The notes: a model not told the origin generated them from the letters alone. Counted from the stretch's first letter, positions 29,673 through 38,858 are shown. The stretch: DNA of 64,000 bases from an uncultured archaeon (GCA_964458565.1 CAYWJO010000008.1:37995-101994); one strand, 5' to 3'. Program-made: numbers and translations.

Positions 29673-30814
29673 TGGGAGGTTTGACATTGATGCAGTTTGA
29701 AGATTTCATTAATTGGCTGAATGGGATTCCTGGCTGGCTCTATGATGTCCTCGTCTGGTGGTTTAATGCTATCTGGTGGTGGATTAATCTACTCTGGGAC
29801 TCCATTGTTATAATCTGGGCTTCAATGTTTGGAAACGCAGAGGTATTGGCCTACTGGTTCAAAGCCATAGTGTTCCCTGGACTTGTCTTTATCCTTCTGG
29901 GAATTATATTTACAGTTTGGGCGACTCGTAAAACATGGGGCCGCATTCAAGGTCGACGAGGTCCATACAATCTTGGGAAATATGGTGGTCTACAGCTCTT
30001 CGCAGATGCGATAAAGTTGATTGGAAAAGAATCTATTATTCCTAAAGGAGCCAAGCGTTGGATGTACAGGTTCCTTCCATCCTTTCTATTGGTTATTGTT
30101 CTATTACCGTTTGTATTTATTCCATGGGACACTGATTGGGTGATTGTAGACCTTTCAGTTAGCTTGGTCTTGATCTTTGCATTTCTTACTGCAATTCCTG
30201 TTATTTCGCTCCTAGCAGGATGGATTAGTGGATCCAAGTATACCATTATCGGAGGTTTCAGAGCTGCAAATAACCAGTTTGCTTCTGAGATTCCATTAGT
30301 ACTGTCAACAGTTGGTCCTGCTATGCTAGCAGGTTCACTTAGCGTCTTGAGTATAGCACAGGTTCAGGCAGATTCTTTCTGGTTCATTTTCCTGTTGCCA
30401 TTGAACTTCGTTACGTTCCTGATTAGCGCTGTTATGTCAGTTGGAATGGTACCATTCGATGCACCTGTTGCCGACTCTGAGATTCTGTTTGGATGGCGAA
30501 CGGAATTTTCAGGAATTTGGTTCGTTATGACCTATTTTGCTGAATTTGCAGAGATGCTCTTTTACTCAGCAATGATGGTAACTCTATTCTTTGGAGGTTT
30601 CTCGGGTCCTGCATTCCTCCCTGGAATTGTAATCTTTCTCATCAAGCTCATGATAGTGATGTTCTTCTTCATTATAGTGACTTCATCATTCTATAGGCTC
30701 AGACAGGATCAGATTGTTTCGTTTAGTTGGAAGTACCTTCTTCCCTTGACAATACTAAACATTCTGATAGTCATGTTTGGAATGGCCTATTTTGGATTGT
30801 ACATAGGAGGTTAG
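29672..30814 (+). CDS. nuoH: Complex I-like subunit H with Trp-rich N-terminal extension
   Basis: RKTWGRIQGRRGP, GLQLFADAIKLIGKE, SKYTIIGGFR, PFD, RLRQDQ...WKYLLP; start uncertain between 29672 and 29690. Confidence 0.92.
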   Translation: MGGLTLMQFEDFINWLNGIPGWLYDVLVWWFNAIWWWINLLWDSIVIIWASMFGNAEVLAYWFKAIVFPGLVFILLGIIFTVWATRKTWGRIQGRRGPYNLGKYGGLQLFADAIKLIGKESIIPKGAKRWMYRFLPSFLLVIVLLPFVFIPWDTDWVIVDLSVSLVLIFAFLTAIPVISLLAGWISGSKYTIIGGFRAANNQFASEIPLVLSTVGPAMLAGSLSVLSIAQVQADSFWFIFLLPLNFVTFLISAVMSVGMVPFDAPVADSEILFGWRTEFSGIWFVMTYFAEFAEMLFYSAMMVTLFFGGFSGPAFLPGIVIFLIKLMIVMFFFIIVTSSFYRLRQDQIVSFSWKYLLPLTILNILIVMFGMAYFGLYIGG

Positions 30815-30817
30815 AAA

Positions 30818-31249
30818 ATGAGTAAGTTAGGAACAATAGCAAACTCGCTCAGAATACTGCGACATGTATTCAGACGTATCTTCAAACGTCCGTTTACTTA
30901 CTTCTATCCTTGGGAGGATAGATATTATCCTGAATTGACTCGTGGAAGACATATTCATGTTAGAGAGAATTGTACCGCATGTAGTCAGTGTGTACGCGCC
31001 TGTCCAGTTGTTGCAATTCGTATTGACAAGGAGGACAAGAAGTATGAGAAGGACGCCGCCTTATACTTCGATTACTCACGCTGTCTCTTCTGTGGACTTT
31101 GTGTTCAAGCATGCAATTTCGATGCACTATTTCACACTCCTATCGTCGATCTAAGCGCTGATAGCCAAGAGAAACTCATCTATGGACCTGACAGGATAAC
31201 GAAGATCGAACGGGAACCACTCGAGTGGCGAGGGAGGAAGATCAGATAA
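30818..31249 (+). CDS. nuoI: Complex I-like subunit I (2x4Fe-4S)
   Basis: TYFYP, RGRH, CTACSQCVRACP, CLFCGLCVQAC. Confidence 0.92.
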   Translation: MSKLGTIANSLRILRHVFRRIFKRPFTYFYPWEDRYYPELTRGRHIHVRENCTACSQCVRACPVVAIRIDKEDKKYEKDAALYFDYSRCLFCGLCVQACNFDALFHTPIVDLSADSQEKLIYGPDRITKIEREPLEWRGRKIR

Positions 31250-32802
31250 TGCAACTAGGTGCCCTGCTTGATTTCCCATTTATGACTCTATCATTGGGAA
31301 TATTATTCATAGGAGCTCTCTTCATCTACCTATTCAGAAACTCGCTAAAAGAACAAGCTGGAAAGGTTGCTGTCATTTACTCATTCTTAGGAATGCTAGC
31401 AATGATTCCTCCGTTTTACGAACTAATCGTAAATGGTCATCCAGCAAGTGAAACCGCCAGATGGTCCATCGTCATTGGCGAGTGGGGCCTCTATCTAGAT
31501 GGCATCGCTTTTCCAATCACCTTTGCAATAGTAGTTCTTGGTTTCCTTTCAGTAGTGTACGCTGTCGGATATACCGAACACACAAAGAACAAACCAACAT
31601 TCTTTGCAAATCAACTGTTCTTCCTCATGGGAATGCAATGGGTGACACTTGCTACAAATCTCATCGAGTTTTTCATAGCTTGGGAATTAATGCTGGTTCC
31701 ATCTTATTTCCTAATTCTCTTCTGGGGTCTCCCAGAAACTCGTAAGCGAACAGCTCTGAAATTCTGGCTGTACACACAATCAGGTGCAGTCTGTATTCTA
31801 GTTGGTTTTGGTCTCTTGTATGCATTTACCGGAACCTTCGAATTATATGCCCTTGGTTCGGGCATTATTGATGTTCTCGCTGCAACTCCAATTGCACTTG
31901 AATTGTCAAAACTAATCTTCATACTTCTCGCAGCTGGCTTCTTAGTCAAGATGGCTGTATTTCCGATCCACTGGTGGTTACCTCCAGTCCACGCTGAAGC
32001 ACCCACTCCAATCTCAGTCTTGCTTTCTGGAGCGATGATCGAGACCGGTGCCTATGCACTTGTTCGATTTGCTCAGATTACTCTAGGTTTTGAAACTGCA
32101 ATCGACTTGAGTTTCTATATCGGGGCTATCGGTGTAATTACGATGTTCTATGGAGGTTTCATGGCTCTTGCCCAGAAGGACATCAAGCGACTCCTCGCTT
32201 ATAGCTCGGTTTCTCAGATGGGCTATGTTCTGTTTTCTTTAGGAATGTACACATCCTTTGGAATGGCCGGAGGTCTCTTTCATCTCATCAATCACGCTTT
32301 CTCGAAGGGTCTCTTGTTTATGACTGCCGGGGCGGTTATACATCAAACTGGTTTACGGGATATCGATAAAATGGGCGGCCTCTCAAACAAAATGCCAATC
32401 ACTGCATTCGCTGCGGCGATCGGAGCATTGAGTATAGCAGGGAGTCCACCTCTCTCAGGATTTGCCAGCGAGTGGATGATGTTTCTTGGAGGATTCCAGC
32501 GTGCTTTTGATAGTACTCCTATCAGCCTTCCGTTTCTCATCCTATCAATACTTGCAGTATCAAGCTCCATCCTGAGTGCAGGCTACATGCTCAGATTCCT
32601 GTGGAGAGTATTCCTTGGTCCTCATCCAAACGAACTCGAGAATGTCACAGAGACGTCACGATGGATGTTATTACCCATGGTTGCACTAGCCGTGCTTGTC
32701 GTCATCTTTGGTGTCTTCCCAGGATTGGCTTTGGATATCATTGGTGGAGCGGTGGAGCATATTTCGGAAATCATTGGTACCTTTGCAGGAGGTGGACATT
32801 AG
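31249..32802 (+). CDS. nuoM: Antiporter-like subunit, additional NuoM-type copy (M1)
   Basis: FFIAWELMLVP, KFWLYT, KMAVFPIHWWLP...AEAPTP, KRLLAYSSVSQMG, GFASEW; start ATG 31249 overlaps the nuoI stop. Confidence 0.8.
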   Translation: MQLGALLDFPFMTLSLGILFIGALFIYLFRNSLKEQAGKVAVIYSFLGMLAMIPPFYELIVNGHPASETARWSIVIGEWGLYLDGIAFPITFAIVVLGFLSVVYAVGYTEHTKNKPTFFANQLFFLMGMQWVTLATNLIEFFIAWELMLVPSYFLILFWGLPETRKRTALKFWLYTQSGAVCILVGFGLLYAFTGTFELYALGSGIIDVLAATPIALELSKLIFILLAAGFLVKMAVFPIHWWLPPVHAEAPTPISVLLSGAMIETGAYALVRFAQITLGFETAIDLSFYIGAIGVITMFYGGFMALAQKDIKRLLAYSSVSQMGYVLFSLGMYTSFGMAGGLFHLINHAFSKGLLFMTAGAVIHQTGLRDIDKMGGLSNKMPITAFAAAIGALSIAGSPPLSGFASEWMMFLGGFQRAFDSTPISLPFLILSILAVSSSILSAGYMLRFLWRVFLGPHPNELENVTETSRWMLLPMVALAVLVVIFGVFPGLALDIIGGAVEHISEIIGTFAGGGH

Positions 32803-35037
32803 ATGCTGTTTGGTCTTCCTTACTATCTAATCCTAGTACTCCCACTTGGAGGGTCTTTACTAGTCCCGCTGGTTGGGAAATTCAGTGAAAAACTGCGAGA
32901 CTGGACTCCTGCTATCTTTATGGGCTTCGCTATGATTCTCTGCTGGTCTCTTCTCTTCGATTCATTTGATCCAGCACATCCGCCAAGTTGGACGTGGATT
33001 GAAATTCTAGGATTGAACTTTGAAATTCTACTAGACTCCCTGTCAGTAATAATGGCAATCCTATCTAGTACACTCTGTTTCCTCATCTATGTATACAGTA
33101 CAGAATACATGGCCCATGAGGAAGATAAGGACCGATTCTTCTTCATGATGCTTGCCTTCGGTGGAGGAATGCTCACTCTTGTACTCAGCAATAATCTGCT
33201 CATTGCCTTTATTGGATGGGAGATTATGGGATTCTGTTCTTACGGACTTATCGGATTTTGGAACGATAAACGTAATCCACCTGAAACTGATCCGACAGAT
33301 ATAGAGACCTCAAACCCTCTTCTGAAATTTGAGACCGAGGGTGAATACAATACACATTGTGGAACAAAGGCATTCATTGTAACACGAATTGGTGATGCCT
33401 TCATGTTGGGTGGTATCCTTCTACTCTTCCTATACACGGGAACCTTCTCATTCACCGAGATGGCAGCTGATTCACAGCATTGGTGGGGTACCATGGCAAG
33501 TGTCGGAATGCTGGTTCCAACATTTCTCTTGATTTTTGCTGGTGCTATTGGAAAATCTGGACAAGCCCCATTACAGGTGTGGCTTCCAGAGGCAATGGCT
33601 GGACCTACTGCAGTTTCTGCCCTAATACATGCTGCAACCATGGTAAAAGCGGGTGTGTACATCAGTGCACGTTTTCTAGTCACTATGGTTGGAGCATCGG
33701 GAGGTGGACATGCGGAGGAAGGTATGGTCGCATTACAAGCAGCGGGTCTGGAGGTCGCATCTGTGTTCTTTACGACCGTAGCAATAGTAGGTGCGATAAC
33801 AGCCATCATGACTGCAACAATGGGCATGGTTTCAAACGAGCTTAAGCAGGTTCTTGCATTTTCAACCTTGAGTCAACTTGGATATATGATGTTGGCAATA
33901 GGTACAGGAGGTCTCCTTGAACATTATGATCACGCGTATCTTGCTGGGGTGCTGCATGTTGTTTCTCATGGTGCGTTCAAGGCGCTGCTGTTTCTTGCAG
34001 CAGGTGGAGTCATTCACGCGATTCATACGAAGTATATGACGAAGATGGGAGGTCTCAAAAAGTATATGCGGAAGACCTTCATTGTGATGTGGATTGGTGT
34101 TCTTGCATTATCAGGTATACCGCCATTCTCTGGATTCTGGTCAAAGGACTCCATCATTGAATATACATACGAGCTCGCAGCACATGGAAGTGCTCTAGGT
34201 TGGGTGCTCTTTACATTTGCAGTACTCGCAGCAGCATGTACAATATTCTATAGCATGCGGCTTATGGGAATGACATTCTATGGTCCTGGCCGAGATGATG
34301 AGCATCACGAAGATACAGATCATCATGAGGAACTTGAGCATCACGAGGAACAAGAGGACAAAGATGAGCATGAACAAAATGACCATGGTCACTCAGAGCC
34401 ACATGATCCGGGTCCTGCTATGATGATTCCTCTATACATCCTTGCCGCCTTCACCATATTAGCTTTCATCGTGTATCCAATCATACAAGAATTCGTCTTA
34501 CAAGAGGGTCATACGTGGATAGAGAACTTGACCTATATGATTACTGTCAAGTTTAGCGCTGAGGGGATTACACCCTTCGTGATTACTCTGGGAGCTCTTG
34601 CTCTTGGAGGTATACCCGGGTACATGATGTACATTAAGAACTCAGACAAGCCCAACACATTCGTACCGGAAACTGGAGCACGACGTAAAGTGTTCAACTT
34701 CCTACGTCATCGGTGGTACATCAATGAGGCTTACGGTTGGGTACTCAATAAGTTCCTTAACTTTGCATCTTGGTGGAGAGAACGTATAGACAATATTATC
34801 ATTGATGGCATCGACTTCAAGTCTCGGGATGCTGCGTTAGCAATATCCACAAAGGTTCGCTGGGTCGATGATCATCTTGTTGATGGATTTGCTGAGGCAA
34901 TTTCAACAAAGAGCGTAGGTGCATCTGAAACAAGTAAGAAGGCACAGACTGGACTAATCAACGACTATCTGGGAATGATGCTATTCGGAGTTGGAATAAT
35001 GGTCATCATTCTTCTAGTAACACTAGGGGTGATCTGA
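32803..35037 (+). CDS. nuoL: Complex I-like subunit L with extended transverse helix
   Basis: WEIMGFCSYGLIGFW, KAFIVTRIGD, GKSGQAPLQVWLPEAMAGPTAVSALIHAATMV, GFWSKD, WY...DG...DG...QTG. Confidence 0.93.
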   Translation: MLFGLPYYLILVLPLGGSLLVPLVGKFSEKLRDWTPAIFMGFAMILCWSLLFDSFDPAHPPSWTWIEILGLNFEILLDSLSVIMAILSSTLCFLIYVYSTEYMAHEEDKDRFFFMMLAFGGGMLTLVLSNNLLIAFIGWEIMGFCSYGLIGFWNDKRNPPETDPTDIETSNPLLKFETEGEYNTHCGTKAFIVTRIGDAFMLGGILLLFLYTGTFSFTEMAADSQHWWGTMASVGMLVPTFLLIFAGAIGKSGQAPLQVWLPEAMAGPTAVSALIHAATMVKAGVYISARFLVTMVGASGGGHAEEGMVALQAAGLEVASVFFTTVAIVGAITAIMTATMGMVSNELKQVLAFSTLSQLGYMMLAIGTGGLLEHYDHAYLAGVLHVVSHGAFKALLFLAAGGVIHAIHTKYMTKMGGLKKYMRKTFIVMWIGVLALSGIPPFSGFWSKDSIIEYTYELAAHGSALGWVLFTFAVLAAACTIFYSMRLMGMTFYGPGRDDEHHEDTDHHEELEHHEEQEDKDEHEQNDHGHSEPHDPGPAMMIPLYILAAFTILAFIVYPIIQEFVLQEGHTWIENLTYMITVKFSAEGITPFVITLGALALGGIPGYMMYIKNSDKPNTFVPETGARRKVFNFLRHRWYINEAYGWVLNKFLNFASWWRERIDNIIIDGIDFKSRDAALAISTKVRWVDDHLVDGFAEAISTKSVGASETSKKAQTGLINDYLGMMLFGVGIMVIILLVTLGVI

Positions 35038-36612
35038 ATGCAACTAGTAGACTTCGTTCTTAACCTCCCATTAGGAATCCTTGAGATAATGTTGCTCCTC
35101 CCCATTGCAGGAGCATTCTTGGCTTTCTTGGCCGGCAATAAGGCTTCAAGGATTGTAGCATTACTCATCACCACAATCGAACTTGCCTTATCCCTTATCC
35201 TCGCTCTGGCATATGTTCCCCCTACAACAGTATCAGATTTAGGCATCATGTTCAACTCAACTTATCCAATAGCTGACCTAAGTAGTGTCGGTGGAACAAC
35301 ACTACAGTTTGAGCTGGGTGTTGATGGAATTTCAGTTGTCATGATTATACTAGCTAATCTTGTTGTTTGGATAGCAGCGATAAGCTCGAATCACATCCAT
35401 GAATCAGAGAAGTCATATTATTTCTTCTTTCTCTTGCTTCAGACAGGACTCCTAGGAGTTTTCATGTCATTAGATTTGATTGGATTTTTCGTATTCTGGG
35501 AGCTTGTTCTAATCCCCATGTTCTTCATAATAGGGCGCTGGGGTGAGGAAGGTTGTCAGCATGCAGCAATCAAGTTCTTCATCTATACCCACTTAGGATC
35601 AGCTGTATTGATAGTGAGCTTCTTTTCACTCTACTTCTTAGCACCTGAACCTACTTTCAGTATGATTGCACTGAGAGGAATGGGACTTCCTATGATGGTG
35701 CAGTTTGGTTTTGCAATCGCTGTCTTTGTTGGTGCTGGAGTTAAACTACCAGTCTTTCCACTGCACAACTGGCTTCCATGGGCTCATGTAAAAGCACCTA
35801 CGCCAGGTTCTGTCATCCTTGCAGGAATTCTGCTTAAAATGGGTGGATATGCCTTCATTCGTCTGGGTCTCTGGATGGTTCCTGAGGCTTTCTCACGATT
35901 AGCACCAATATTTGCAATTGTTGCAATATTCACATGTATCTACGCGGCATTTACTGCGATGGCTCAAACTGATATGAAGAGCCTTGTCGCTTACACTTCC
36001 ATCAACCATATGTCGTGGGTGCTACTAGCAGTAGCAGTTGCTTCCATTGGAATCTATCCACCAGCTGGACTTGATATTGCTACAACAGAACTGCTGAAGG
36101 CAGCTGCAAATCTTGCAATTCAAGGTGCAGTGTTCATGATGTTCTCACATGGGACAATAATCTCAGTGATGTTCATTATGGCGGGTCAACTCAAATATGC
36201 GGCAGGAACCAGAGAGATTCCTGCTATTCAAGGCCTGATGGAGAAAGCTCCGCGTATGGCTGCAATTCTAATACTTGCTGCTTTTGCGGCTTTCGGTCTT
36301 CCTGGATTTAGTGGTTTCATCGCAGAGGCTTTGATACTCTTTGGCTCTGTTTCAATCTACATATGGGCTGCAGTAATTGGATTTGGTATCTTCATCACGG
36401 TTGGATATATCCTTTGGATGCTAAATAGGATCGTCTTCAGCGATCCCGATCCTGAAAAGGAAGTGACTGAGGCTCCATGGTCTGATCTGATTGCCCCAAT
36501 TCTGATGATGATCCCAGTTATTCTTCTGGGTCTCTGGCCCGATTTAATATTGTATCTAATTGATCCGATATCAAGATTGATGCTCGGTCTTCCACTTGGA
36601 GGTGTTCCATAA
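35038..36612 (+). CDS. nuoM: Complex I-like subunit M (M2)
   Basis: FFVFWELVLIPMFFIIGRWG, KFFIYT, KLPVFPLHNWLPWAHVKAPTPGSVILAGILLKMGGY, GFIAE. Confidence 0.92.
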   Translation: MQLVDFVLNLPLGILEIMLLLPIAGAFLAFLAGNKASRIVALLITTIELALSLILALAYVPPTTVSDLGIMFNSTYPIADLSSVGGTTLQFELGVDGISVVMIILANLVVWIAAISSNHIHESEKSYYFFFLLLQTGLLGVFMSLDLIGFFVFWELVLIPMFFIIGRWGEEGCQHAAIKFFIYTHLGSAVLIVSFFSLYFLAPEPTFSMIALRGMGLPMMVQFGFAIAVFVGAGVKLPVFPLHNWLPWAHVKAPTPGSVILAGILLKMGGYAFIRLGLWMVPEAFSRLAPIFAIVAIFTCIYAAFTAMAQTDMKSLVAYTSINHMSWVLLAVAVASIGIYPPAGLDIATTELLKAAANLAIQGAVFMMFSHGTIISVMFIMAGQLKYAAGTREIPAIQGLMEKAPRMAAILILAAFAAFGLPGFSGFIAEALILFGSVSIYIWAAVIGFGIFITVGYILWMLNRIVFSDPDPEKEVTEAPWSDLIAPILMMIPVILLGLWPDLILYLIDPISRLMLGLPLGGVP

Positions 36613-38135
36613 TGCAACCATTGACAGACTTAGTGAACCTCATAAGAGCACTGTTTAAACCATTCACAGATGTATTATTACAAGTCATGACTGACCTCAA
36701 TCTCGAGAGTTGGATAGGATCTCTTCCAGTCTTGACCCTAATCATCTTCGCACTATTGTCATTAGTAGCAAAGAAAGGGCGAATCCCAATTGTAATGAGC
36801 TTCATAGGTGTAATCCTTGCCACTATTCAAATGATAATGATTGAACCTATGGATTCATTCGGTGGCCTTTTCACGAGAGATGCATTTGCTGACTTCTTCA
36901 TCTACCTGATACTCATTGTAGCATTTCTTGTACTTCTATCAGCAACCACATTTGGAGGGGACAAGGGGACATATACCTTCATGTTGATGATGTCCTTTGC
37001 TGGAGCTATTTGGGTAGTTATGGCTACAGATCTGATTGCTTTGTTTCTCGCGTGGGAGCTGATGTCAACTCCAACCTATATCTTAACTGCGTTGGGTCCA
37101 CATCGAGGAGCTGTTGATGGTGCAACGAAGTACTTCATCATGGGTATGATGGCAACCGTATTCATGTTGTTTGGCATCGCTCTTGTTTATGGGGTCACAG
37201 GAGAGACCACGTTAAGCAAACTTGCAGAAGTGGTTAACACGATTTGGATATCAGGGTCTATCATGGATAATGCGGCATGGACACTAATCCTAGCAATGGT
37301 ACTATTTGTGATAGCCTTTGGTTTCAAAATAGGTATCTTCCCCGGATGGATGTGGGTCGCTGATACTTACGGGACTGCCGACGGGAGTGTTGTTGCATAT
37401 CTAGCTGGTGGTGCAAAGAAGACTGGTGTGAGTGCTGTCATGCGAATAATGATAGTAGGCTTCTTCATAGCACGATTCGAATGGATGCCTTTACTAATCA
37501 CGGTATCAATACTCACGATGGTCATAGGTAATGTTCTTGCTTTGCAATTCAATGAAGGTAAGTTCCCCATCAACAGAATGCTGGCGTATTCCAGTATTAC
37601 CATGATGGGATATCTCTTTGTTGGACTTGCTGCTGCTTCTGAGCTTGGAGCTGCTGCCGCGATGTTTCATGCATTCGCACATGCTTTGATGAAATCAGGG
37701 GCATTTATTCTAATTTGGGCGATGGCAATAACACTTGGTAAAGAGATTGATTACAATGATCTGAAGGGTCTTGGTAAGAGGGCTCCGACTTTGTCAGCCT
37801 TCTTAGCGATTCTAATATTCGCTCTTGCTGGTTTCCCATTGACGGTAGGCTTTTGGTCAAAGTGGATTCTTCTTCCGCAAGCTGCAGTTGAGGTTGGTCT
37901 CTGGTGGTTGGCGTTAATACTTCTATTGAATTCAGTCTTCTCTCTGGGATACTATCTTAGAGTATTGAAGTTCTGTTATTTCATGGAGCCAGAAGATGAC
38001 ACTCCGATAGTAATTCCAAAGCTACCAATGATTGCGGTAGGCATAACTGTGGTTGCAGTTTTAGTGCTATTTGCGTTCCCAGGTCTTGTTCTAGACTATG
38101 CGCTAGCGGCTGCAAACCTTCTATTCACCCCATGA
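36612..38135 (+). CDS. nuoN: Complex I-like subunit N
   Basis: WELMS, KYFIMG, GFKIGIFP..MWVADTY, RMLAYSSI, GFWSK, YYLRV. Confidence 0.92.
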   Translation: MQPLTDLVNLIRALFKPFTDVLLQVMTDLNLESWIGSLPVLTLIIFALLSLVAKKGRIPIVMSFIGVILATIQMIMIEPMDSFGGLFTRDAFADFFIYLILIVAFLVLLSATTFGGDKGTYTFMLMMSFAGAIWVVMATDLIALFLAWELMSTPTYILTALGPHRGAVDGATKYFIMGMMATVFMLFGIALVYGVTGETTLSKLAEVVNTIWISGSIMDNAAWTLILAMVLFVIAFGFKIGIFPGWMWVADTYGTADGSVVAYLAGGAKKTGVSAVMRIMIVGFFIARFEWMPLLITVSILTMVIGNVLALQFNEGKFPINRMLAYSSITMMGYLFVGLAAASELGAAAAMFHAFAHALMKSGAFILIWAMAITLGKEIDYNDLKGLGKRAPTLSAFLAILIFALAGFPLTVGFWSKWILLPQAAVEVGLWWLALILLLNSVFSLGYYLRVLKFCYFMEPEDDTPIVIPKLPMIAVGITVVAVLVLFAFPGLVLDYALAAANLLFTP

Positions 38136-38155
38136 GAGGATTAATTCCTCTCTCA
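38133..38155 (+). terminator. Stem-loop at the end of the nuo operon
   Basis: GAGAGGA-ttaat-TCCTCTC overlapping the nuoN stop, followed by a pyrimidine-rich tract. Confidence 0.5.
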
Positions 38156-38232
38156 CCCTTTCGTTTCTGACCTGCCTTGGACTTGTCGTGTTCTCGGTTA
38201 AGGTTTGTAGTTGTAGCGAACTAGATGAAAAT

Positions 38233-38721
38233 CTAATCAAACAAAGCTCGTACAAACCGTAATCCAGGTTGGACGATGAATTTCCTAAGAATCTCTTTCA
38301 ATGTTTCATTCTTTCTTGCTCTTCTGGCGATTGATGGTGACAATTCATAGTAAGTAAAAACAAAAACACGTCCCAAGGGATTGGCCATCAACCAATCATC
38401 TCTAAATCTTCTCAACTCATCTAATCTAGGATCGAGTGGAGTGCCAAAAACTGCAGTGGCAATAAAACACTCTGAGATATGCTCTTTGCAATAAATCTCA
38501 TCATCCTTTACCTTCGCCTTATGTTTATCACAGAGATATACAATCTCTCCACATGTTACACATTTTCCTGCTGCATCAAATCCCTCAGGTAACGGGATTC
38601 CGCATCTATCACAGAATATTCGTTTCACTGCGTCGCTCAAGCTTGCTCCACAATGGATGCATTCTGTAGCATTGGCCTCATTTTTTCTTCCACAATATCT
38701 GCATTCCACTTTCTCTGGCAT
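38233..38721 (-). CDS. Zinc-ribbon protein with C-terminal CFI-box-CTERM domain
   Basis: Start MPEKVEC; CRYC, CIHC, CDRC, CVTC, CDKH, CKEH; CFIATAVFG...LRRFRDDWL...GRVFVFTYY..SP. Confidence 0.8.
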   Translation of the reverse strand: MPEKVECRYCGRKNEANATECIHCGASLSDAVKRIFCDRCGIPLPEGFDAAGKCVTCGEIVYLCDKHKAKVKDDEIYCKEHISECFIATAVFGTPLDPRLDELRRFRDDWLMANPLGRVFVFTYYELSPSIARRARKNETLKEILRKFIVQPGLRFVRALFD

Positions 38722-38858
38722 TCTTTTCCCCTCAAGGATAGTGGCACGAGGAACCCTCTGCACGTTTTTCTTATAGTAGAAGAATATCACGAATCTGATA
38801 AAAGCATTCGCTAAACGAGAGTAAGTTATTAGTACAAGTTGCGCATTAGTAATTGTTA

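Noticed and set aside
1-38135. Selenocysteine/pyrrolysine readthrough in the redox genes
   Set aside because: The Fe-S and flavoprotein ORFs appear full-length with Cys at the expected motifs; I saw no in-frame TGA/TAG splitting a domain.
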